From Candidatus Poribacteria bacterium (GTDB taxonomy: Bacteria > Poribacteria > WGA-4E > WGA-3G), in NCBI GenBank assembly GCA_964291315.2, contig OZ219752.1, positions 32,001-96,000 of the forward strand: DNA of 64,000 bases, read 5' to 3'. The notes under the pieces are model-generated. The model did no database searches, was not told the DNA's origin, and worked only from the letters and a program-made list of their open reading frames with translations. Shown here piece by piece: positions 57,662-64,000 of this stretch. A program made the position numbers and the translations under genes. The stretch's first letter is position 1, and every line of letters begins with the position of its first letter.

Positions 57662-59173
57662 CTATATCGCCTGTAGAACGTTTACGAGGTTGGTAACAGA
57701 CTCTCTGAACATATCAATAGCGAAATTGGGCCAAATACCGAGCACGATTGTTAGAATTCCGAGCGGTGCCAACGTCAAAATTTCGCGTCCGTTTATTTCG
57801 GGGAGTGCTTCGTACTTCGGGTTGAGTGTCCCTAAGAAAACCCGCTGGAGCGTCCAGAGGAAATAGGCTGCACCAACAACAATACCTATTGTTGATAAGA
57901 TAGTCAGCATCTTGAATTTGTCATAAGCACCGAGTAAAGAGAGCGCCTCTCCGACGAATCCGCTCAAGCCGGGCAGCCCCAAAGATGCCATGAATGCAAG
58001 CGTGGTAATGCCGGTATAAACAGGCATTTTTGCGCCGAGACCACCGAACCCATTAATCTCACGATGATGTGCCCTGTCGTAGAGAACACCGACGAGCAAA
58101 AAGAGCATCCCACTGATAACCCCGTGGTTGAACATTTGCAGAATCGCGCCCGTGATACCTTCCGTATTTCGAGCAGCGAGCCCCAAAATGACGAAGCCCA
58201 TGTGTCCGATGCTCGAATATGCCACTAATTTCTTGAAATCGGTCTGGGCCAAAGCACAAAAAGAACCATAGACGATATTAATGAATCCTAGAAGAGCTAA
58301 GCTATTGCCCCAGGGGCCAGTCCCGTTGCAGAAAAAGTCCATACCTTGTGGGAACATTGCCATGTTAATCCTCACAAGTCCGTAGGTTCCCATTTTCAGG
58401 AGGATGCCTGCAAGAATAACGCTAATTGCTGTCGGGGCTTCAACGTGTGCATCAGGGAGCCAGGTATGGAAAGGGAAGATAGGCACCTTAACGGCAAATC
58501 CTATAAAGAAGCCGAGGAAAACCCAGATTTGGAAATTTAAGTTGTTCAGGGCATGTCCTTCCGTAGCAGCTAAGGTAACAAGCGTAGGTATGTCAAATGT
58601 CCGCGCGCCCGGGGCTCCACTGTTGAGATAGACTGCAATCATCGCAACCAGCATCAATACACTACCGAAAAGCGTATACAGAAAAAATTTAATTGCCGCA
58701 TATTCACGACGCGGGCCGCCCCACACACCGATAAGGAAATACATCGGCAAGAGGGTGAGTTCGAAAAAGACGTAAAAGAGGAAAAGATCTAACGCAGCGA
58801 AAAAACCTAACATGCCAGTCTCAAGCAATAGGAACAGTGCCATATATGCTTTGATGCCTTTTTCGATGTTGCGCCAAGAAGCGATGACACAGATAGGACC
58901 TAAGAGAGCGGTGAGAAGCAGAAGCGTTACACTGAGACCATCGATACCGATATGGTATCGGATATTAAATGCCTCAATCCAAGGGATATTGACGACGTAC
59001 TGCGTTCCTGCAGCCGAGCGGTCGTACGATATGAATAAAGCAACAGCGAGTGCAAGCGGAACGAGCGTAAAGAAGAGCGTAACACGTTTAATGAGTTCCT
59101 CCGACTCGCGCGGCAACAGTAAAACAGCAATCATCCCGAGCAACGGGATAAAAATCATTAGCGACAATAACAT
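57662..59173 (-). CDS. nuoM: NADH-quinone oxidoreductase subunit M
   Basis: KVPIFPFHTWLPDAHVEAPT, LLKMGTYG and AYSSIGHMG motifs. Confidence 0.95.
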   Translation of the reverse strand: MLLSLMIFIPLLGMIAVLLLPRESEELIKRVTLFFTLVPLALAVALFISYDRSAAGTQYVVNIPWIEAFNIRYHIGIDGLSVTLLLLTALLGPICVIASWRNIEKGIKAYMALFLLLETGMLGFFAALDLFLFYVFFELTLLPMYFLIGVWGGPRREYAAIKFFLYTLFGSVLMLVAMIAVYLNSGAPGARTFDIPTLVTLAATEGHALNNLNFQIWVFLGFFIGFAVKVPIFPFHTWLPDAHVEAPTAISVILAGILLKMGTYGLVRINMAMFPQGMDFFCNGTGPWGNSLALLGFINIVYGSFCALAQTDFKKLVAYSSIGHMGFVILGLAARNTEGITGAILQMFNHGVISGMLFLLVGVLYDRAHHREINGFGGLGAKMPVYTGITTLAFMASLGLPGLSGFVGEALSLLGAYDKFKMLTILSTIGIVVGAAYFLWTLQRVFLGTLNPKYEALPEINGREILTLAPLGILTIVLGIWPNFAIDMFRESVTNLVNVLQAI

Positions 59174-59197
59174 CTCGTAGGGAGCCTCCTTATCCCA

Positions 59198-59371
59198 TCA
59201 CCGGAAAATCAAATAGACGACAAACAAAAATATTGGCACTAGAATCCGACAGAGTATAAGAAATATCTCTGCTCTCTTACGCCGCGTTTCGCGGTTCGGA
59301 TGGCAGGAAACAACCCAAACCATAGCAGAACTCAGCAGCGGTAAAAACGGAAACAGTTTAAGCAATACCAT
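59198..59371 (-). CDS. Small 2TM hypothetical protein (57 aa) inside the nuo block
   Basis: MVLLKLFPFLPLLSSAMVWVVSC...IFLILCRILVPIFLFVVYLIFR, preceded by AAGGA; fills the nuoL-nuoM gap. Confidence 0.45.
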   Translation of the reverse strand: MVLLKLFPFLPLLSSAMVWVVSCHPNRETRRKRAEIFLILCRILVPIFLFVVYLIFR

Positions 59372-59382
59372 AGAGTTTATCC

Positions 59383-61572
59383 TTACAACACCCGGAAAAC
59401 TAAGATTAACAACACTATTCCTGCCAGCACAACGAAAAGGTAAGTCTGAATCGCCCCGGTCTGGATCCGACGAACTCTTCCACCGACCGACCATGTCACC
59501 TCGGCAACTCGATTGACAAGCCCATCAACGACGTGGTTATCAAAAATGCTAACAAGTACAGCAAGAACATCGCGCGTCGCCCTCCCCACACTGTTGACGA
59601 TGCCGTCAACGATCGTCTCATCGAAGCGGGCGAAGAGTCTCGATTTCCAGACTGTCAAGGCGACTAAAACACCGTTGTAGAACTCGTCAAAATAGTATTT
59701 ATGCCAGAAAAGATTATAAAGCGGTCGGAAAGTCGTTGCGACGGATTCGGCAGACAAGCTCCGTCTATGATAGAACAACCAGGACAGGAATATACCTAAC
59801 CCTGCAACGACGATAGATAACATCATCGCGATGGTATGCGCAGGACTATGTCCATGATGTGCGTCATCTCCGTGTGCACCATGTGTGTCGGATTCGCCTT
59901 CTTCCGCTGCAACGGCTTCAGAAATCCCAAAAAGTGAAAACGGACTAACCGATTCACTGACTTTGCTGTCTGGAGACACACGAGCATGTGTCGGGGCATG
60001 GAGATGGAGTTGCTCTGGCGGTTTAACGTAGCCAACGTTGAACCAGAGCGTGTTGACGATTGGGAAACTCAGCACAGCCAAGACAACGAGAGGGAAAGTC
60101 ATCGTCTTGGGCGACTCATGTGCCACGGCGTGCATCTCCTGGTTTCGCGGTTTGCCAAAAAAAGTCATAAAGATTAGACGGAACATATAGAACGCGGTAA
60201 TTCCAGCAGCAAAGAGTGCCATACCGAATAGCACATAATGATGAACAGAGTTCCATTGCATCGCGCGATCTAACACGCCCGCTAAAATCGCGTCCTTACT
60301 CCAGAAACCTGAGAAGATAAACGGGACACCAGAAATAGACAACGTTGCAATGAGCATCGTTATGAAAGTAATAGGCATCTTATGCCGTAGACCACCCATG
60401 TTCCGCATATCTTGGTCCGGCGGAATATCAGAACCGAGAACGGGTTCTGAACCGTGATTCGCACCGTGTTCATGCCCGTGGGCATCGGTGTGCATTGCAT
60501 GAAACGCGTGGATAACACTGCCAGAACCAAGAAACAACAAGGCTTTGAAGAAAGCGTGAGTTGTAAGGTGAAAAAGCCCCGCGACATAACTACCCGCGCC
60601 AATGCCAAGCATCATATATCCGAGTTGGCTGACAGTAGAATATGCTAAGACTCGCTTGATGTCAAAGCGAACCATAGCAATAGTTGCAGCAATAAGTGCG
60701 GTAATACCACCGACATAAGCAATTATCAGAGACGAGGTTTCTGTCAAGATTGGGAACATCCGGGCAGTGAGATAGACACCGGCGGCAACCATCGTCGCGG
60801 CATGAATCAACGCACTGACGGGTGTAGGACCTTCCATCGCATCCGGAAGCCACGTATGGAGGGGCATCTGTGCGGATTTCCCGACAGCACCACAAAACAC
60901 AAGAACACCGGCAGTAGAGAGCCATATCATATCGCCTGTGCTTAATTGAGATGCAGCTTGGGCGAAGATGCCGCCTTCACCGTAGAGTGAGAGCGTGTCG
61001 AATTTGGTAAAAAGCATCATCATACCGATAAACATACCGACATCACCCACACGTGTCGTCAAGAACGCTTTTTTACATGCATTCGCAGCCGAGTCCTTTT
61101 CAAACCAGAAACCGATGAGCAGATAAGAGCAGAGCCCAACGAGTTCCCAGCCGATATAGATACCGAGTAGGTTATCTGATACGACTAAGAAGAGCATCGA
61201 AAAGGAGAAAAGCGAAAGGAAAGCAAAAAAGCGTGGGTACCTCGGATCACCGTGCATGTAACCTATAGAGAAAATATGGACAAGGCTACTGACGAGCGTG
61301 ACAACAATCAGCATGATTGCGGTGACACTATCAAGGTAAAAGCCCATCGAGAAGGTAACGCTGCCGAGCGAAAGCCACTGAACAGTATGGGAGGCTGGAT
61401 CAGGTACTACCTCTCGCAAGAGCAAAAGCGAGCAAACGAGCGCAATGAGCATTGCTGCCGTAGATAGGTAGTCCTGCCGGGGCACGCTCCGCTTCGCTAA
61501 GCCTGAAAGCCCGAAGGTTGCAAAGGCAGCAAGCGGACAGAGCAAGATGAGACTTATTAAAGGTACAACCAT
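59383..61572 (-). CDS. nuoL: NADH-quinone oxidoreductase subunit L
   Basis: GKSAQMPLHTWLPDAMEGPTPVSALIHAATMV and HAFFKALLFL motifs. Confidence 0.95.
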   Translation of the reverse strand: MVVPLISLILLCPLAAFATFGLSGLAKRSVPRQDYLSTAAMLIALVCSLLLLREVVPDPASHTVQWLSLGSVTFSMGFYLDSVTAIMLIVVTLVSSLVHIFSIGYMHGDPRYPRFFAFLSLFSFSMLFLVVSDNLLGIYIGWELVGLCSYLLIGFWFEKDSAANACKKAFLTTRVGDVGMFIGMMMLFTKFDTLSLYGEGGIFAQAASQLSTGDMIWLSTAGVLVFCGAVGKSAQMPLHTWLPDAMEGPTPVSALIHAATMVAAGVYLTARMFPILTETSSLIIAYVGGITALIAATIAMVRFDIKRVLAYSTVSQLGYMMLGIGAGSYVAGLFHLTTHAFFKALLFLGSGSVIHAFHAMHTDAHGHEHGANHGSEPVLGSDIPPDQDMRNMGGLRHKMPITFITMLIATLSISGVPFIFSGFWSKDAILAGVLDRAMQWNSVHHYVLFGMALFAAGITAFYMFRLIFMTFFGKPRNQEMHAVAHESPKTMTFPLVVLAVLSFPIVNTLWFNVGYVKPPEQLHLHAPTHARVSPDSKVSESVSPFSLFGISEAVAAEEGESDTHGAHGDDAHHGHSPAHTIAMMLSIVVAGLGIFLSWLFYHRRSLSAESVATTFRPLYNLFWHKYYFDEFYNGVLVALTVWKSRLFARFDETIVDGIVNSVGRATRDVLAVLVSIFDNHVVDGLVNRVAEVTWSVGGRVRRIQTGAIQTYLFVVLAGIVLLILVFRVL

Positions 61573-61677
61573 ACTTTCTATTTTTGAGCCTTTCTATTCT
61601 TTTTGAGTTACCCGGTCTCGACTAGCGTTTAAGAGAGCGTTGATAATCGGGGAACCTCTTGATAACAGACAACTATT

Positions 61678-61986
61678 TTAACCTTTTAGAGTATCCACTT
61701 CGTTAGGACGGATGCTACCGAATTCGCGGTAGATAGCGAGAATGATTGCTAGAAAGACAGCGGCCTCTGCGGCAGCAAGCACGATCCCAAAAATAGCGAT
61801 AATTTGTCCACTGATGTCCTCTGGCGGTGTCCTAAAATGCGAAAACGCCGCGAAGTTAAGATTGCATGAGTTCAAAATAAGTTCAATTCCCATCAAAATA
61901 CTGATAGCATTCCGGCGAGTCAAAACGGCAAAGATACCGAGCGTAAATAGAAGCGCGCTAACAACAAGATAGTGTTGTAAGGTCAT
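61678..61986 (-). CDS. nuoK: NADH-quinone oxidoreductase subunit K
   Basis: RRNAISILMGIELILN and AAAEAAV motifs. Confidence 0.95.
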   Translation of the reverse strand: MTLQHYLVVSALLFTLGIFAVLTRRNAISILMGIELILNSCNLNFAAFSHFRTPPEDISGQIIAIFGIVLAAAEAAVFLAIILAIYREFGSIRPNEVDTLKG

Positions 61987-62505
61987 TTAGTCCCTAACCT
62001 CCTTTCGAGAAATCAGGGCGGCTCCGATTAAAGCGACTAATAATAGGACAGAGACGACCTCAAACGGGAGAAGAAAGGGACCATTGAGAATCAGTTCCCC
62101 GATACGTTCAGTTGTTGGTGGAAGCTCGGTACCATCATCACTAAGGTTCTTCCAGGCAGGGGTATTCGCAATAACCGTCAAGAGCAGCATCAGCAACGTC
62201 AAGGCAATCACACCGCCCAATAAGAGCTGCCCACGCTCAATATGGATTCGCATCTCCAAGCGCCCACTTGTCATCATGACTCCAAATAGAATCAAAACCA
62301 GGATACCACCGACGTAAACAATTACCTGCGTTGCAGCAAGAAAATCCGCCTGTAGGAAGACGTAAAGTCCAGCAACACCAAAGAGCGTTACCATGAGCGA
62401 GAAGGCCGCATGGACGATGTTTCGCACCGTGACAACAACAAGCGCTGAGGCGATTGTCATAAGTGCGAAACCGTAAAAAATAAAAGTTTTAAGTGTAAAT
62501 TCCAT
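61987..62505 (-). CDS. nuoJ: NADH-quinone oxidoreductase subunit J
   Basis: QVIVYVGGILVLILF and LPFEVVSVLLLVALIGA motifs. Confidence 0.95.
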   Translation of the reverse strand: MEFTLKTFIFYGFALMTIASALVVVTVRNIVHAAFSLMVTLFGVAGLYVFLQADFLAATQVIVYVGGILVLILFGVMMTSGRLEMRIHIERGQLLLGGVIALTLLMLLLTVIANTPAWKNLSDDGTELPPTTERIGELILNGPFLLPFEVVSVLLLVALIGAALISRKEVRD

Positions 62506-62641
62506 TTTTAAACTAGCAAAAGCGAATTATCAAGGTTCTTTGACATGCTGATCCTTTGCTTAGGTCCGCACTGCAGTCGTTGTTGCAGTGTCACTAGCTT
62601 TAGGCATTTTTTGTAGTTCTCTCAGCCACATCGTGAATGAA

Positions 62642-63361
62642 TTACTCTGTGGTCTCTAAAACTTCGGGACCGCTTTTACTATACATCTCCTGCTTGTCGA
62701 AATGGAAGATCAAATCAGTTCTATCAAATTTTGAGTACTCAATACCTTCGAGAGTATCCTTCATTATAAGGCACTCTGTCGGGCAGACCTCAGTGCAAAG
62801 CCCACAATACATACAGATAGACATATCAATATCGAACTGGTCGAGGTAGAAAACAACAGGATTTCGCGTAACAATGCGGGATACCTCGTCTACAGTAAAA
62901 ATCTCGGTTCGACTCTCACTCCCTGAGGGCTCAAGGCGGTCTATGGCCTCCTGAGGACCTTGGCGAGAGGTGACATTCGTGATTGTTATTGAATCTGCGG
63001 ATTTTATTTTTTTGTCGTCGCCCTCAATGATACCAATCACTTCTCGTCCATCTTTGAGATGCACGACGTTCATGCTGTCCCACAACTGTTCGCCCTTTGG
63101 CAGCTTCGTCCCTGTAATGGTAATGCAATCGACAGGACAAATCATCTCACACTTTTTGCATCCGATACAATCTTCAATACGGTTATAAAGCTGCCCGCGG
63201 TACCCTTTCGGAATTTCCCGGACGTTTCGTTTCCTTTCATAGTCGTGTTCATAAGGATATTGGTGCGTGACGTTGGGTTCAAAGAATTGCCTGATCGTTA
63301 CCCGCATCCCGACGAGGACGGTATAAATGCCTCTGTAGATGTTCCGTATGTACTTGTCCAT
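62642..63361 (-). CDS. nuoI: NADH-quinone oxidoreductase subunit I (with insertion)
   Basis: THQYP, CIGCKKCEMICP and CMYCGLCTEVCP motifs. Confidence 0.9.
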   Translation of the reverse strand: MDKYIRNIYRGIYTVLVGMRVTIRQFFEPNVTHQYPYEHDYERKRNVREIPKGYRGQLYNRIEDCIGCKKCEMICPVDCITITGTKLPKGEQLWDSMNVVHLKDGREVIGIIEGDDKKIKSADSITITNVTSRQGPQEAIDRLEPSGSESRTEIFTVDEVSRIVTRNPVVFYLDQFDIDMSICMYCGLCTEVCPTECLIMKDTLEGIEYSKFDRTDLIFHFDKQEMYSKSGPEVLETTE

Positions 63362-63403
63362 TTTCAGATCTCTCCTTTAACGACTGGCGAGTACAGATCC
63401 CGC

Positions 63404-64000
63404 CTAACTCGGTTGTGGGGCTGGCTTCTGCGTAAGACTCCGCCCAGCAATTTTATATGCAGCGATAAGCCCAATGTAGATAAGCGTGCAGCTAATGCTT
63501 GTGCTAATCAGAGTATCTTCCGGAAAAATGAGTCCCCAGATGCCAGTGCCTAAGATGTTAAAAAAGGCAATCGGAATGAAGTATTTCCAACAGAGATTCA
63601 TCAGTTGATCTACCCGTAAGCGTGGCAAGGTCCATCTCAGCCACATCATCAAGAAAACGAGTGCTAATGTTTTTATAACGAACCCCGGGAGCCCGCCGAG
63701 AATATCGTATCCTGGTAATGCCCCTTCCCACCCTCCGAGGAAAAGCGTCACAGCGATCGCGCTCACAGCGAACATATTCGCGTATTCGGCAATAAAGAAA
63801 AGTGCGAAACGCATTCCGCTATACTCTGTGTGAAAACCTGCAACAATCTCAGACTCGGCTTCGGGCAAATCAAAGGGGGTCCGATTAACTTCAGCAATTG
63901 AAGATATAAAGAAGATAAAAAATGCGATAAAAGTAAAGGGGGTCCGAAAAATCAGCCAGCTAAAGACACCATTAGACTGGGCTGCTACAATTTCCTGCAT
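63404..64000 (-). CDS. nuoH: NADH-quinone oxidoreductase subunit H (5' part beyond the window)
   Basis: [27 protein letters not shown] and [13 protein letters not shown] motifs. Confidence 0.95.
   Translation of the reverse strand: MQEIVAAQSNGVFSWLIFRTPFTFIAFFIFFISSIAEVNRTPFDLPEAESEIVAGFHTEYSGMRFALFFIAEYANMFAVSAIAVTLFLGGWEGALPGYDILGGLPGFVIKTLALVFLMMWLRWTLPRLRVDQLMNLCWKYFIPIAFFNILGTGIWGLIFPEDTLISTSISCTLIYIGLIAAYKIAGRSLTQKPAPQPS

Noticed and set aside
59820-60510. His-rich insertions in NuoL
   Set aside because: His-rich loops are common in NuoL proteins.

Overview
This is a bacterial chromosomal window. Its gene content is suggestive of Candidatus Poribacteria (inference only): LamG/DUF1080 proteins ending in a V-x-P/A-x-x-K-x-x-x-x-W-G-x-x-K tail, an FlgD/T9SS-like C-terminal domain, several PhyH dioxygenases, and TPR and CRTAC1 proteins. 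The left end carries a diversity-generating retroelement (DGR) on the minus strand. In order it has a secreted FGE-sulfatase/C-type-lectin-fold target gene with a C-terminal variable region, a perfect 11-bp hairpin, avd, and a reverse transcriptase with GNLTSQ and YVDD motifs. The RT is absent from the ORF track because it runs off the window. No template repeat is visible, so it probably lies beyond base 1. A close paralog of the target sits about 53 kb away, between nuoN and a tRNA-Gln/tRNA-Glu pair. Other notable content: an adenine methyltransferase split by a frameshift in a G8 tract, three copies of a perfect sigma70 promoter ahead of a poly-C leader ORF, clusters of GTAG-type REP-like palindromes, a PhnY/PhnZ-like phosphonate pair, an ABC-type ATPase plus nuclease-like pair, a SLATT-like 2TM gene, two short local duplications, polA, a UbiD-family decarboxylase, fdhD, nagA, sugar oxidoreductases, and the nuoH-N block (NuoI with a large insertion, and a small membrane ORF between nuoL and nuoM).
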